A stretch of DNA of 60,594 bases, filler included. It is 5 parts of 5 records of this genome, joined end to end, with 100 filler letters (N's around TTAATTAATTAA, not from the genome) between each part and the next. Parts side by side here need not be neighbours in the genome. Positions count along the whole stretch, not along the records: positions 34,229 to 54,165 come from DRR723986_572; 4 more parts are not named here. The stretch is one strand, 5' to 3'. A program made the translations under genes and the position numbers. Positions 41,607-53,143 of this stretch are shown piece by piece. The notes beneath the pieces were generated by a model. It did no database searches. It worked only from the letters and a program-made list of their open reading frames with translations, and was not told where the DNA came from. Within the stretch, counting starts at the first letter, position 1; every line of letters begins with the position of its first letter.

Positions 41607-43424
41607 TTAGGTAAGGCGGTTGAAAGACTGTTTCTGCCCCTGTGACTCAAGCAGTGCGCGGGTATATTCTTTCATAACATCGCGGTGGCGAATGAGACCC
41701 ACAACAATGTTGTCTTGAGAGAGAGACACAACGGGTAAAGCTTCTTCTCCGGTGCGGTCCAAGTGGTTTAAGGCAATTTCCAGTGGCTGGTTGGTTTTCA
41801 TTAATTGTGCAGGTTGGCGGGTATATTCTTCTACCGTGTGGTCTTGTGGCGTGCCGGTTTCAAATATTTCCCCTGGAATCTGGCTGAGTGATAACACACC
41901 AACAAATTTGCCAGCTTGATTAGTGACAACCAGCAGCCCACCTCCTTGTGTGATCAATAAATCTCTGGCTTTTTTAACGGAGTCTGTATTACGGATGGTG
42001 AAGAAATCGCGGCTCATATGCTCGCCGACGGTTGCGGACTTGAGCAGATATGTTGCTTTACCGCCTTCCAGTTGAATGCCGCGGTTGGCAAGCTGCAAAA
42101 GAAAAAATGATCGTTTGTAGAAGAGACTGGTGACCATACTTGCAACCGCTGAAGCAATCATGACGGCGATGGTCACATTGTAGTCACCCGTTATTTCAAA
42201 CACGATCAGCATAGTGGATATTGGCGCACCCAGCACAGCGGATGCCACAGCGCCCATACCAACAACAGCATAAAGGCCGGGTGTTGAGGCAAGCTCTGGG
42301 AACAAACCACCTGCAGCAATGCCAAAACTACCGCCAACCATTGCACCGATGAATAGTGATGGACTGAAAACCCCGCCACCAAATCGCCCTGCATAGGAAA
42401 TTATGGTTGCAATTATTTTTGCAACGATGAGTGCCAATAGAAGGCTGAGCTGATATTCACCGTCTAGTGCACGGCTGGTCGCCTCGTAGCCAATGCTTAG
42501 TATTTCCGGGTACATCAGCGCTAATAGACCAATAAAAAGCCCAGCCACAGCTGGTTGGTATTGCGCGGGTACAATATCCGTTTTTTTTCTGGTTTTATCT
42601 GCCCAATTCAACCCCGCCATAAATATAACTGCAACAAATGCCGAGACTATGCCCAGTGCAAAAAAGGCGGGAAACTCCCAAAAACTGGTAATGAAATATT
42701 CTGTGGTTTCAAAAGCCGGGAAATTTCCAAGATGAATACGACTAACAACTGTTCCTGCGATTGCTGCGATGACTATCGGAGCAAATGTTTGCAAGGCATA
42801 ATGTCCGATGATGACTTCAAGGGCGAAAAAAACACCGGCGATTGGCGCGTTAAACGACGCCGCAACTGCCGCCGCTACGCCGCATCCAAGTAAAGTTCGG
42901 GCCGCGGCCGGGTTTAGGCCCAGCATGCGGGTGACTATTGAAGCCAGCGCAGCACCCAGATGAACGGCTGGCCCCTCACGACCCATAGATGCACCACTTC
43001 CGATAGATACTATTGTTGCTGCTGCACTAATAGCTCCATCTCTTGCGTCAATTTTACTGTCTCTAAGTGCAGCGGATTCAATAACATTGGCCACTCCGCT
43101 GGTTTGATTGTTTTTATGTAGACGCAATAGCTGGCCTACTATGATGCCACCTATTAGCGGAACCAATAACAAGTGCCACCAATCCAAATTGCTAGCCCCT
43201 GTTGCCAAGGTTTCTTCGTCAACGCCAAAGGTGAATTTAATTAGCCAGCTAATGGCTAAATACAAGCCTATAGACGCATAGCCAGAAATAATGCCAACAA
43301 TAATTGCAAGCAATGTAATAGCACTGAATCCATAGCCACCCGTTTTAAACATACGGGCACGAATGCGCCTAAGTAATATGTTTATGGGGTTTTTGTTGCT
43401 GGTGGGCATTATAATCCTTGGCAA
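41607..43424 (-). CDS. ClC chloride channel/antiporter with CBS domains
   Basis: About 600 aa (start may be 43409). GREGP, FNAPIAGVFFALE, GGVFSPSL, C-terminal CBS pair. Confidence 0.93.
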   Translation of the reverse strand: MPRIIMPTSNKNPINILLRRIRARMFKTGGYGFSAITLLAIIVGIISGYASIGLYLAISWLIKFTFGVDEETLATGASNLDWWHLLLVPLIGGIIVGQLLRLHKNNQTSGVANVIESAALRDSKIDARDGAISAAATIVSIGSGASMGREGPAVHLGAALASIVTRMLGLNPAAARTLLGCGVAAAVAASFNAPIAGVFFALEVIIGHYALQTFAPIVIAAIAGTVVSRIHLGNFPAFETTEYFITSFWEFPAFFALGIVSAFVAVIFMAGLNWADKTRKKTDIVPAQYQPAVAGLFIGLLALMYPEILSIGYEATSRALDGEYQLSLLLALIVAKIIATIISYAGRFGGGVFSPSLFIGAMVGGSFGIAAGGLFPELASTPGLYAVVGMGAVASAVLGAPISTMLIVFEITGDYNVTIAVMIASAVASMVTSLFYKRSFFLLQLANRGIQLEGGKATYLLKSATVGEHMSRDFFTIRNTDSVKKARDLLITQGGGLLVVTNQAGKFVGVLSLSQIPGEIFETGTPQDHTVEEYTRQPAQLMKTNQPLEIALNHLDRTGEEALPVVSLSQDNIVVGLIRHRDVMKEYTRALLESQGQKQSFNRLT

Positions 43425-43536
43425 ATTGACGTTTGTGCCGCGTTATAGCTTTGTATCATCAGTGCCTTGATCACAGCTTAGTCATGATTACAATAAAGGT
43501 TAAGGGTAAATCGGTCGTATATTTGCCAAATTCGTC

Positions 43537-46500
43537 ATGTTACCTTTCAACGGTAAAGTTAAAGACAGCAACCTTGAGAGCAGTGTTTTGATAAGGAAAA
43601 GAACATTTTCTTTCATAATATTTGGGGTTCTAACACTTGTGTTGGGCTCGGTTTCCGCTGGTCTTTATCTTGTAGATTGGAATCAATACCGTGACACATT
43701 GGCCAATTTGGCCAGTGACCGAATGGGTATGCAAGTTGAACTTGCTGGCGATTTGAACCTCGGGCTTTTGCCTCGGCCTACTGTCTCGGCGCAAGCGGTT
43801 CGTTTGTCGCCCATTCAAAGTAGTTTTAATGATACAATCGCCACAGCAGACCGCATAGACATGCATTTGGGTTTAACAGCCCTATTGAGTGGTTCAATGG
43901 AATTGCAAAGCCTTGCGTTTGAAGGGCTTTCTGCCGGGCTGATTGAAACCAATGAAGGCTGGGCAATTGAAGGTTGGCCAACAGCGTCCGGTTCAAGTGA
44001 TGATGCACCAGACGCTAACCTTTTGTCTTTGGACCGATTCAGAATCAAGAGTGGCTCTATCTCTGTTCGTCCTTTGTCATCCGATGAGATTGTATTTGAC
44101 GGTGTTGACCTTTCGCTCTCTGGTCAATTGCCTGGCGGGCCATTGGAGCTTTTGGGAACGGCTTTCATTCAAGGGGAGTCGGTTTCGTTGACCGGGAAGT
44201 TAACACCGACACGAACCATTGGATCAACCTCAGTTCGGTTCGATGTTGAAGTGGCCGAAAGTAGGCTGGAGTTCTCAGGGCGGCTATCTGAAACCGGTGA
44301 GGTAACTGGGCGTTTTCAGGCTTCAGGTCAAAACTTGAAGTCGCTAGCCGCATTTGCTGACAAGGTTACGAGTTCCAAGAACAGCGCAAGTCAAATTCCG
44401 GCTTTGCCTTATGGGCTTGATTTGCAGATTGAGCGATCCTCAAACGATATTACCCGCCTAATATCCCGGCAATTGAAACTTGGTGATACCCTCGGCACTA
44501 TTGACCTTACCCTAGCGACAAAAGACGGTGGTTATCACATCACCGGTTCTAGCTCGTTTGGTATCATTAAGTTGGACCGATGGCTTGAAACCATAGAGAT
44601 TGGGGCAAACCAAACGGCAGAGTCTGACGAGGGTGCATTCCCCGTTGCTGGCAATATAGATATTTCAATTGAAGGCGTAGCCTTTAAAGGCGGGCTAGCG
44701 CAACAAGTGCAATCGTCAATAGTGCTCTCTGACGGACAAATTGCCTTGGACCAATTCCGGGTAACATTGCCCGGGGCGTCGCGGTTGGCTTATGTAGCTG
44801 AAACCTCTGATGTTGGTGTTATCAAGTTTAAATCTGGTGGTCTTCAGGAAGTGTTTAACTGGGTAGGGGTGCCATTGTCAGAAGCCATTCCTGCTGGGCG
44901 GCTAAGCACAGCTGATATTGAGGGTCGCTTGACTATTGCTGACAGCACGTGGGTTGTATCAAATGTGATTGGTACCATTGATACAACCGGAATTGATGCT
45001 GAGGTTTCGGGCACAGCAAATTCTTTGATTCCCAATGCCTTGAGGGTAAAATTAGATCATTTGAATTTAGATGCTTATTGGCCCAACCCGCAATTTTCTG
45101 GCAGTTCTGATGATGTTGACGTAACTGGGGATATTCAGAGTTTTAATACCCAATTTGAGCTACAAGTTGGTCAATTGCGTTGGTTGCATCAGAGTTTTAA
45201 TGACCTAGCACTGACAGGTCAGCTTAATGAAAATAGTATCTTGGTTTCTAATGTGTCTGTGGCTCATTTGCGGGGCAGCTTAAATGGTAGCTTCAGCATG
45301 CAGGAAGTGGCCAGTGAACCTGTTGATATTGAAATGGCATTTAGGTTTGATGATTGGGAACCAGCCGCCTTTACTCAGCTGTCGCCGGAAGTATCAGCAT
45401 TTTTGTCACGCTTTTCAGGCGCTGGCTTAGTTAATGGGTCACTATCAGCCACCGGCCCAAAGACGGAGCTGCAAACGCGACTGCAAGTTGGTGCAGCGGA
45501 AAATACTCTAGAGTTTGCAGGCTCCGTAGATGCAACAGAGCGTAAACACGTGCAACTTCAAGGCTCGGTAAAACATGCATATATTGACCGCGTGCTTGAA
45601 CTGAATGACTTGATGGGCACCGCTATGCCGGCCAACGGTATCAGCACAGACTTGCAAGCCAGTATTGAAGGCACTCAGGAGGCCTTTTCCTTCAGTGCAA
45701 ACGGTATGGTGGCAGGCGGCCAGTCTAACTTTTCCGGTTCTTTTGACCAGGGTAATTTAAATGCAGATGTATCGCTGACAATTTTGGCTGGTATTGAGAG
45801 TGAGCTTGATGCGCTAGTTCGCCAATACGGTGTCAATCTCGATAGCGGTCAGCTCCGCAGGTTAAGATTGAGTTTTATCCAGGACGAGAGTAGCTGGCGA
45901 ATTGAAAACCTTGATGCACGGAATGGCGATGAAACTATTGCAGGCAGCCTCAATAGTGCGACAAACGCTTTAAATGGTTCACTAGCCGTATCCAATATAG
46001 ATTTGGGTACCTTATTTTCGTCTGATTTTTCATCTGGTTCCAAACCTGCGTCTGCATCTGTAAATAGGTCTGGTGACAGCGCCTTACCCTCGAGCGGTGT
46101 GGTCTCAATTCAAGCGTCCAATATTGATTGGCTAGGCCAAAGGCTTAATGCGCCGAACGCATCGCTCAATTTTTATGCAGAAAACAGTGTGTTCGATGTG
46201 GGCCGTTCGGCCACATTAAATGATGAGTTGCTGCAAACCACAATCGAACTTGATATGCCAAACGAACGTGTTTCAGGAAGTATTTCTGCAGCGTCACTTG
46301 ATATTGGCGCGCTTGCTCAGGAAATGACTGGTGCTGGTGGAATTACGGGTACTGCCTCTACAGTTCTTAACTTACGGGCATCATTAAACCCATCTGTGAA
46401 TATACTAGAAACCTTATCGGGTGATGGCCGATTTGATGCCGGTGCCGGCGCAATGCACTTTTTTGCTGCCAAAGAGCTTATTTCCATCATTTCAAGCAGC

Positions 46501-47055
46501 ACATCCAGCGTTTCTTTTCTGCAATCAGTGGGGAACGTATTGCGCGCGGGTGACACAGACTTTGCTAACTTGTCTGGTTCGTTCCGCTTGGATAGTGGTG
46601 TCGCTTTAGTGGATCAAATATCTGCAAGCGGTGATTGGGGTACGCTTGCGCTGGATGGCCAAATCAACATTCCCGGAGACTATGTTAATATGAGCGGGCA
46701 ACTGTCTTTGGCCCAGCCTTTGGATGCGCCGCAAATTCCTGTTGTATATGAGGGTAGTTTGTCGTCGCCCAACGTTCGGTGGGCCAGCCGCGCTTTGGAA
46801 CAATTTGCTATAGCGGGTGTTGAAAGGCGGCTGAGGTCACAAATTTTTGGCGAAATGGAGCAGGCGGGTTCAGCTCAATCAGAGGGCGCGCGGCCAAGTC
46901 CCGGTTCAGCTGTGTTCGGTGTCGCTAACTCCTTACTAGAAAAGCTTCGTGCACGCCAAGCTGAGGCCAAGCGAAAGGAAGCTGAAAAAGAAGTGCGTGA
47001 AAACGCGCCTAAAGACGCGCCTGCTTCTCAAGGGTCTGTAAAACAAACGCCCTAA
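43537..47055 (+). CDS. AsmA-family protein
   Basis: 1172 aa. N-terminal TM then VDWNQYRD...GDLNLGLLPRP; beta-rich repeats; AsmA-like C-terminus. Confidence 0.85.
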   Translation: MLPFNGKVKDSNLESSVLIRKRTFSFIIFGVLTLVLGSVSAGLYLVDWNQYRDTLANLASDRMGMQVELAGDLNLGLLPRPTVSAQAVRLSPIQSSFNDTIATADRIDMHLGLTALLSGSMELQSLAFEGLSAGLIETNEGWAIEGWPTASGSSDDAPDANLLSLDRFRIKSGSISVRPLSSDEIVFDGVDLSLSGQLPGGPLELLGTAFIQGESVSLTGKLTPTRTIGSTSVRFDVEVAESRLEFSGRLSETGEVTGRFQASGQNLKSLAAFADKVTSSKNSASQIPALPYGLDLQIERSSNDITRLISRQLKLGDTLGTIDLTLATKDGGYHITGSSSFGIIKLDRWLETIEIGANQTAESDEGAFPVAGNIDISIEGVAFKGGLAQQVQSSIVLSDGQIALDQFRVTLPGASRLAYVAETSDVGVIKFKSGGLQEVFNWVGVPLSEAIPAGRLSTADIEGRLTIADSTWVVSNVIGTIDTTGIDAEVSGTANSLIPNALRVKLDHLNLDAYWPNPQFSGSSDDVDVTGDIQSFNTQFELQVGQLRWLHQSFNDLALTGQLNENSILVSNVSVAHLRGSLNGSFSMQEVASEPVDIEMAFRFDDWEPAAFTQLSPEVSAFLSRFSGAGLVNGSLSATGPKTELQTRLQVGAAENTLEFAGSVDATERKHVQLQGSVKHAYIDRVLELNDLMGTAMPANGISTDLQASIEGTQEAFSFSANGMVAGGQSNFSGSFDQGNLNADVSLTILAGIESELDALVRQYGVNLDSGQLRRLRLSFIQDESSWRIENLDARNGDETIAGSLNSATNALNGSLAVSNIDLGTLFSSDFSSGSKPASASVNRSGDSALPSSGVVSIQASNIDWLGQRLNAPNASLNFYAENSVFDVGRSATLNDELLQTTIELDMPNERVSGSISAASLDIGALAQEMTGAGGITGTASTVLNLRASLNPSVNILETLSGDGRFDAGAGAMHFFAAKELISIISSSTSSVSFLQSVGNVLRAGDTDFANLSGSFRLDSGVALVDQISASGDWGTLALDGQINIPGDYVNMSGQLSLAQPLDAPQIPVVYEGSLSSPNVRWASRALEQFAIAGVERRLRSQIFGEMEQAGSAQSEGARPSPGSAVFGVANSLLEKLRARQAEAKRKEAEKEVRENAPKDAPASQGSVKQTP

Positions 47056-47242
47056 TTGCACCCGATAGAGAGCCTGCGCGGGCTTCATCCAATTGGCGCA
47101 CCAATTCGTTTATGGAGAGAGAGCGGTCTTGAGCGATTTTTCGAAGGTGCCGCCAAAAACAAGCTTCAAGCGATATGGAAGTTCTGTGGCCAGAAATGGT
47201 CACTGAATGTTTTTTCAGTTTGGCATCTTCAATGTCATACAT
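47009..47242 (-). CDS. Ribbon-helix-helix domain protein (RHH_4)
   Basis: Start MYDIE at 47242; KHSVTISGHRTSISLE..FW..L...LSGAIRAFVL. 3' overlap with asmA. Confidence 0.88.
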   Translation of the reverse strand: MYDIEDAKLKKHSVTISGHRTSISLEACFWRHLRKIAQDRSLSINELVRQLDEARAGSLSGAIRAFVLQTLEKQARL

Positions 47243-47367
47243 GCATCTTTTGTTGCACTCGCTTAATTGATGGTCAAGCCTGATGGTTCTGACCAACCTG
47301 GTATTATTGATGTGCTAACGTGTTTTTTCATGCTGTTGAATATTTCAGAAATTGGAACTGACGGAAA

Positions 47368-48492
47368 ATGGAACCTTTTAAAGAATATATAAACCACGCG
47401 GTTATTGAAACCTTGGGGCATATTTTTAAGCGCGTGTCAGCGGGTTTCGACGACCGTGAATTTGTATATATTGCTACCAATTCTTTGGGCACACTGGAAC
47501 TTAAAGAGCGCGTGTTACAAGTGCGTGATGCCCTAGATGCAACGTTGCCGCATGAGTATGAGCGGCGGAGTGAAGTGTTACTTGCAAGCCTGCACCCAAG
47601 TGAGGATGTGGATCGAGACAATGTAAAGCTTAGCATAGACGGTATTGCTGGCTTTGCAATTTGGCCGCTCACAGAATTGGTTGCGCACTGTGGCTTGGAC
47701 TATCCGGAGCAATCGTTGATGGTGCTAAAAGAGATGACCAAGCGATTTTCGTCTGAATTTGCGGTTCGTCCTTTCTTGGTTAAGCATCAGGCTATTACAC
47801 TGCGTATATTTGAGCGCTGGGTGTCAGATAACAACCGTCATGTGCGACGCTTAATAAGTGAAGGAACGCGGCCACGATTGCCTTGGGGGCTAAGATTGCA
47901 CAGCTTTGTTGACGATCCATCACCCTTGTTTCCTTTGCTTGCAGCTTTGAAAGATGATCCTGAAGATTATGTTCGTCGTTCTGTTGCAAATAACCTGAAC
48001 GACATAGCGAAAGATCATCCCGTAAAGGTTATTCAGGTGGCAGCGAGCTGGGCAAACAATGCGCCTACCCACCGGATGAAACTGTTAAAGCACGCATGCA
48101 GAACCTTGATAAAAGATGGTAATGCCGATGCATTGACAATATTTGGCTACGGGCCGATGACAAATTTGAAGGCCTCTATTCGTGTTCTAACCCCAGTTGT
48201 TAAATACGGCGAAAGTTTGAAATTTAATGTGGAACTTGAAGGCCTGTCTATCGGCGAAAACCTCATGGTTGATTATAAAATCAATTTCGTGAAAGCCAAC
48301 GGCAAGACAGCACCCAAAGTATTTAAATGGATGGATAAACGAGGGCTTAAGTCGTTATCACTCTCTGCTTCACGAAATCATGCCATTAAGGCAATAACCA
48401 CGCGGAAATATTACAGCGGTACTCATAGATTGGAACTATTAGTTAATGGCGTGCCTGTTGGCTCGCAGCAGTTTGAACTGGAAATGCCTTAA
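47368..48492 (+). CDS. alkC: HEAT-like-repeat alkylpurine DNA glycosylase, AlkC type with C-terminal Ig-like domain
   Basis: 374 aa. FSSEFAVRPF, RRLISEGTRPRLPW, YVRRSVANNLND; C-terminal beta domain TTRKYYSGTH. Confidence 0.8.
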   Translation: MEPFKEYINHAVIETLGHIFKRVSAGFDDREFVYIATNSLGTLELKERVLQVRDALDATLPHEYERRSEVLLASLHPSEDVDRDNVKLSIDGIAGFAIWPLTELVAHCGLDYPEQSLMVLKEMTKRFSSEFAVRPFLVKHQAITLRIFERWVSDNNRHVRRLISEGTRPRLPWGLRLHSFVDDPSPLFPLLAALKDDPEDYVRRSVANNLNDIAKDHPVKVIQVAASWANNAPTHRMKLLKHACRTLIKDGNADALTIFGYGPMTNLKASIRVLTPVVKYGESLKFNVELEGLSIGENLMVDYKINFVKANGKTAPKVFKWMDKRGLKSLSLSASRNHAIKAITTRKYYSGTHRLELLVNGVPVGSQQFELEMP

Positions 48493-48494
48493 CG

Positions 48495-48965
48495 TTAAAT
48501 ATCTGTGTCGGGAATATCTTCTGGTGCCCATAAGCAGAGGCCACGCGGATTATAATCAATTCCCATGCGGCGATACATATGAATTGTCCGGACATTGTTG
48601 GTGGTTATCGTCCATTTAACGTGGACATTTTCCCGTTTTCCTTGCTGGCCGATGGCGAGCAGAAGTCGTTTTCCAATGCCGTGTCCCCGGGCTGACTGGC
48701 GAACGAATAAGTCATCAATTTCAATCAGGTTTTCACCAAACCAGATATGAAAGCGATGAAAATAGGTTACAAGACCGGCAATTTCGCCGTTTAGCTCGGC
48801 GACGAGTATTTCAAATTTAGGGGACGAACCGAAAGCAGCGTCGGTGAAGGTGTCTTGATCAATTTGAAGGTAATCACCTAACCCTTCATGGCGGGCTAGT
48901 TTTCTGACCATTTCATAGCAACTGATCGCGTCGCTCTCTTTTGCTGCTCTAAATATATAGTCCAT
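48495..48965 (-). CDS. GNAT family N-acetyltransferase (SSAT-like)
   Basis: 156 aa. LARHE, IDDLFV, ARGHGIGKRLL. Confidence 0.88.
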   Translation of the reverse strand: MDYIFRAAKESDAISCYEMVRKLARHEGLGDYLQIDQDTFTDAAFGSSPKFEILVAELNGEIAGLVTYFHRFHIWFGENLIEIDDLFVRQSARGHGIGKRLLLAIGQQGKRENVHVKWTITTNNVRTIHMYRRMGIDYNPRGLCLWAPEDIPDTDI

Positions 48966-49032
48966 ATGATTATCCCCAAGCGCTCACCAAAACTTCAGCC
49001 GGTGAATTTTCAATGCAAAGGATGGTAACAGG

Positions 49033-50643
49033 TTAAACATTTTTGAAAAAGTCATTCCCTTTATCATCAACAACAATGAACGCGGGGAAGTCTTTAACAT
49101 CAATTTTCCAAACTGCTTCCATGCCGAGGTCTTCAAAGTCCAGCACTTCAACTTTGGTAATGTTATTTTTGGCTAGAATTGCTGCAGGTCCCCCAATAGA
49201 GCCAAGGTAGAACCCGCCGTTTTCCTCGCAAGCTTTAGTGACTGCGCGAGACCGATTTCCTTTTGCGAGGCTTACCATACTGGCACCCAGTTTTTGGAAC
49301 GGCGCCACATAACCATCCATCCGTCCGGCGGTGGTTGGCCCAAAGCTGCCAGATGCATAGCCGTCTGGGGTTTTTGCCGGCCCAGCATAATAGATGATGT
49401 GTTTTTTAAAGTATTCGGGCATCTCCGCACCGTCTTCAATCATCTGCTGGATGCGCGCATGGGCAAGGTCACGTGCAACCACGATAGTGCCAGTTAAGGC
49501 TAAACGTGTCTTGATTGGGTGTTTGGATAGAGCCGCTAAAATATCAGGCATTGGCTGGTTAAGGTCAATCTTTACAACGTCTGTTGTTAAGTCGTCTTCT
49601 GTAACCTCGGGCATGTACTTTGCTGGATCATTTTCTAATTGTTCCAGGAATACGCCTTCCTGCGTAATTTTAGCCTTTATCTGCCGGTCTGCAGAGCAGG
49701 AAACACCCATGCCAACAGGTAGGCTCGCTCCGTGGCGGGGTAAGCGTATAACCCGAACATCGTGGCAAAAGTATTTACCACCAAATTGAGCACCAATACC
49801 CATACTCTGGGTCATTTTATGTACTTTTTCTTCCATTTCAAGGTCGCGGAAAGCGCGGCCTGTTGCGTCGCCGCTTGTTGGCAGAGAATCCAGATCTCTG
49901 GCTGATGCCTTTTTCACAGTGGCCAAGTTTTGTTCTGCGGATAAACCGCCGATAACGATCGCTAGGTGGTAGGGCGGGCAGGCGGAGGTGCCTAATGTTC
50001 GTATTTTTTCATCTAGGAAGGCCAGCATTCGGTCTTCGCGCAAGGTTGCAGGCGTTTGTTGAAACAAAAATGTTTTGTTCGCGCTTCCACCGCCTTTAGC
50101 GAGGAATAAAAAGTGATACTCGTTGCCTTTATCAGCATAAATATCGATTTGCGCGGGTGTGTTATTCTTAGTGTTCACCTCCTTATACATGGAAAGAGGC
50201 GCCATTTGGCTGTAGCGAAGATTGGTTTCTGTGTATGTGCGCATCACACCTTTGGTGATAGGGTCTGCATCATCACCCTCGGTCCAGACATATTGTCCTT
50301 TCTTACCCACAACAATGGCCGTCCCTGTGTCTTGACAGCCGGGTAATACACGGCCAGCAGCAATGTTTGCGTTTTTGAGAAGCTCAATAGCTACAAAGCG
50401 ATCATTATCGCTGGCTTCAGGATCTTCGAGAATATTCGCCAGTTGCTTTAGATGGCCGGGACGAAGCAGATGAGCGATATCAGACATGGCCTCGCGGGTT
50501 AGCAACTCAAGGGCTTCGTTTTCAACTTTTAGGATAGTTTTGCCGTCGACAATATTAGTGGACACATGGCCTGAGGTTAGCTTTCGGTAGGGTGTTTCAT
50601 CACCCGATAATTGAAAAAGCTTAGAATAAGTCCATTCGCTCAT
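49033..50643 (-). CDS. fumA: Class I [4Fe-4S] fumarate hydratase (FumA/FumB type)
   Basis: Start MSEW at 50643; [38 protein letters not shown]. Confidence 0.95.
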   Translation of the reverse strand: MSEWTYSKLFQLSGDETPYRKLTSGHVSTNIVDGKTILKVENEALELLTREAMSDIAHLLRPGHLKQLANILEDPEASDNDRFVAIELLKNANIAAGRVLPGCQDTGTAIVVGKKGQYVWTEGDDADPITKGVMRTYTETNLRYSQMAPLSMYKEVNTKNNTPAQIDIYADKGNEYHFLFLAKGGGSANKTFLFQQTPATLREDRMLAFLDEKIRTLGTSACPPYHLAIVIGGLSAEQNLATVKKASARDLDSLPTSGDATGRAFRDLEMEEKVHKMTQSMGIGAQFGGKYFCHDVRVIRLPRHGASLPVGMGVSCSADRQIKAKITQEGVFLEQLENDPAKYMPEVTEDDLTTDVVKIDLNQPMPDILAALSKHPIKTRLALTGTIVVARDLAHARIQQMIEDGAEMPEYFKKHIIYYAGPAKTPDGYASGSFGPTTAGRMDGYVAPFQKLGASMVSLAKGNRSRAVTKACEENGGFYLGSIGGPAAILAKNNITKVEVLDFEDLGMEAVWKIDVKDFPAFIVVDDKGNDFFKNV

Positions 50644-50707
50644 GATGTACTCTTTTAGAATAGTATAAGGGGAATATACCGATTTGCCTTGGGCATAAAG
50701 CGACAAG

Positions 50708-51307
50708 CTATTTTTTGCGGAAGGCGTCCAATGTTACCACATTATCTGTGGGTGTATCGTCCGGCTCATCTTTTTCTGCCTCTGTTGACAATATAGGCTC
50801 ATCAGGTGTTTCAGGTGCTTGGCTTTTTGGTGCCGGCTCTTTGGGGGCTGGGGTTTCTTTTTCCACAATAAACATGCCGTTATCGTCCCCAGCAATGTCG
50901 TTGCTCTGGACAATTTCGGTATTCGCGTCTCCCTCGCCGACAGCTGAATCTTGTTCGTCATGAAATTGCAAAGCAAATTGAACGCTAGGGTCAACAAAAC
51001 CAACAATTGCATCAAAGGGCACCACTAGATGTTCGGGTTTTTGATTAAAAGAAAGCCCGATTTCAAACTTGTCATCATGCACGACTAAGCCCCAAAACTT
51101 ATGCTGGAGAACAATTGTCATTTCGTCGGGAAAGCGGCTTGCTAAATGCGCAGGGATGTCAACACCGTCTGCTTGCGTTTTAAATGCGACATAGAAGTGA
51201 TGATCGCCTTGTAAGCCGTCGCGTTCAGCGTCTTTCAATACTGTCTTAACAACGCCTCTGAGGGCGTCCTGCACCTTGGCGTCATAGTCAATATAACTTT
51301 CGGTCAT
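50708..51307 (-). CDS. sspB: ClpXP specificity factor SspB (alphaproteobacterial type)
   Basis: 199 aa. [31 protein letters not shown]; acidic linker; ClpX-binding tail [10 protein letters not shown]. Confidence 0.93.
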   Translation of the reverse strand: MTESYIDYDAKVQDALRGVVKTVLKDAERDGLQGDHHFYVAFKTQADGVDIPAHLASRFPDEMTIVLQHKFWGLVVHDDKFEIGLSFNQKPEHLVVPFDAIVGFVDPSVQFALQFHDEQDSAVGEGDANTEIVQSNDIAGDDNGMFIVEKETPAPKEPAPKSQAPETPDEPILSTEAEKDEPDDTPTDNVVTLDAFRKK

Positions 51308-51614
51308 AGCAGTGGCTCTAATAATTAAAACGGTAATTTTGTTTATAAACGCTGTGAAACCTAACGGGAAGGTAAAAGATCAATTAGCGGTTTATTTATG
51401 CTGATCAGCCTGCGGGATGATCATTATTTGTTCGTTACGAACAGGATCTCTATACTAAATGATACAATATTACGTTTCATCGTGACTTCGGCCCCTTTCA
51501 TCGCAATTGGTTTGTTCCTCATTAGACCACTCATAAGGTTGAGGCTGACGTTAATCGTATTTTGGCTGATGCTGAATGCGCAAAACGCAAAAACCGATAC
51601 GAGGGGAAAACAGA

Positions 51615-53066
51615 ATGAAAATTAAATCGAGTTTGATGGCGGCCGTGAGTTGCTTGACATTAGTAACGTCACCCGTTTTGGCTGGAGAGCAGGAAGATGA
51701 GCTGATTGATAAGGTTGTTGCTGCATATGGTGGCAAGGCACTTACAGAAGCGAAGTCATTAACTGTCGAAAATGACAACCATAATATTAGTACAGGTCAG
51801 AGTGCAGATCCAGCTGAGACAAATATTGCTCTAAGCAAAGCCAGACTGGTTATTGATTTTGAAAATAGGCGTAAAAGTTTTGAAAACTGGAACAAAAATC
51901 GTGGTGGCGTATTTTTGAATCAGGCTATATTCGACGGTGAAACAGGACATGCAATTAATCATGTAACCAAAACCAGCTCTGAAAATCCAAATTTGACATA
52001 TGCAGCCTTAGGGGGCGGCACTATGCGTACATTGGATACTACCTTGGTAACTGTTTTGCTGGAAAACCGTGACAATGCGGTTCGCGGCGAAAATGTTATA
52101 TATAGAAACCGACCTCATGAAACAATTACGTTTCCTATGACGGGTAGTCCGGACCTAACAATTTTCGTTGATGCAGAAACTGGCCTCATTTCTAAAATGA
52201 CCCGGGAAAATCCTGCGGTTGGTACGCTTCAATATGTCTTTACCAATCACAAAATGAGTGACGGCGTAGCTTACGCTGCTCATAACAGTTTCTTAATTGC
52301 AGGACAGCCCAGCTCCTTTATTGTTGAGCGTTCAATTAGCGTGAACGGAGATGTTTCGGATGCCTTCACAATACCTGCGGATTATAGAGAGCAGGGTGCA
52401 AACATTGACACCTCCGAAATGATGGTCAGAGAATTGGCTGATGGTATTTTCTATGCGGGTCAAAATGCTGGTTTTTCTATTTTTGTTGATGCCGGTGATC
52501 ATTTCGTTGCCTCAGGCGGGTATGCTGGGCTAACGGCCCGTTTTGAAGCCATGAAGGAGGCAACAGGAATAAATAAGCCTCTTGGGCAACAAATTGTTAC
52601 CCATCAGCATTCTGATCATGTCGGTGGATTGGGAGAGGCCGCCACATTAGGAGCTGACTTTATAACTGTTGCTGAGCATTTAGAGGTGGTTCAAAATCAG
52701 TTTCCTGAACCATTAGCAGAAGAAAGATTTGATCTTGTGCAGGGTAAAACCACTTTGGCTGGTGGTCGGGTTGAAGTTTATGATATTTCTACCGTGCACG
52801 CTGCGAACTATTTGCTAGTATACCTGCCAGAAATTGACCTGGTGTTCAGCGCAGATCATTTTAGCACCAATTTGGAGCAAGGGTTACCGGCAGCTAACAA
52901 TAACATGGTCACTTTTCGGACTGCTGTCGAAGCTTTGAATCTTGAGATAGACAGTTTTCTAGGTGCGCATGGTACGCGCCCCTTAACGATGCAAGACTTA
53001 CGTACCGCAACAGACGGTTACCGGGAAGTTGAGTGCCCTGGAAATCGGTCTATTTGCTCAAACTAA
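51615..53066 (+). CDS. Secreted two-domain MBL-fold metallohydrolase
   Basis: Start MKIKS at 51615. Signal peptide; beta-rich N-domain (AAYGG); THQHSDHVGG, VHA, ADHF and GAHG metal ligands. Confidence 0.85.
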   Translation: MKIKSSLMAAVSCLTLVTSPVLAGEQEDELIDKVVAAYGGKALTEAKSLTVENDNHNISTGQSADPAETNIALSKARLVIDFENRRKSFENWNKNRGGVFLNQAIFDGETGHAINHVTKTSSENPNLTYAALGGGTMRTLDTTLVTVLLENRDNAVRGENVIYRNRPHETITFPMTGSPDLTIFVDAETGLISKMTRENPAVGTLQYVFTNHKMSDGVAYAAHNSFLIAGQPSSFIVERSISVNGDVSDAFTIPADYREQGANIDTSEMMVRELADGIFYAGQNAGFSIFVDAGDHFVASGGYAGLTARFEAMKEATGINKPLGQQIVTHQHSDHVGGLGEAATLGADFITVAEHLEVVQNQFPEPLAEERFDLVQGKTTLAGGRVEVYDISTVHAANYLLVYLPEIDLVFSADHFSTNLEQGLPAANNNMVTFRTAVEALNLEIDSFLGAHGTRPLTMQDLRTATDGYREVECPGNRSICSN

Positions 53067-53083
53067 ATTTGGCTTAATGAACG

Positions 53084-53114
53084 ATAAAGGGGGCTTTTCG
53101 AAGCCCTTTTTTAT
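53084..53114. terminator. Intrinsic terminator between the MBL gene and convergent ssrA
   Basis: ATAAAGGGGGCTT-TTCG-AAGCCCTTTTTTAT. Confidence 0.85.
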
Positions 53115-53143
53115 GGGCCCTTAAAAGTTACTTTTGAGGAAAA

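Noticed and set aside
51398-51778. ORFs 51398-51625 (+) and 51551-51778 (-)
   Set aside because: They lie in or overlap the promoter and 5' end of the MBL gene and have no RBS or motif support.
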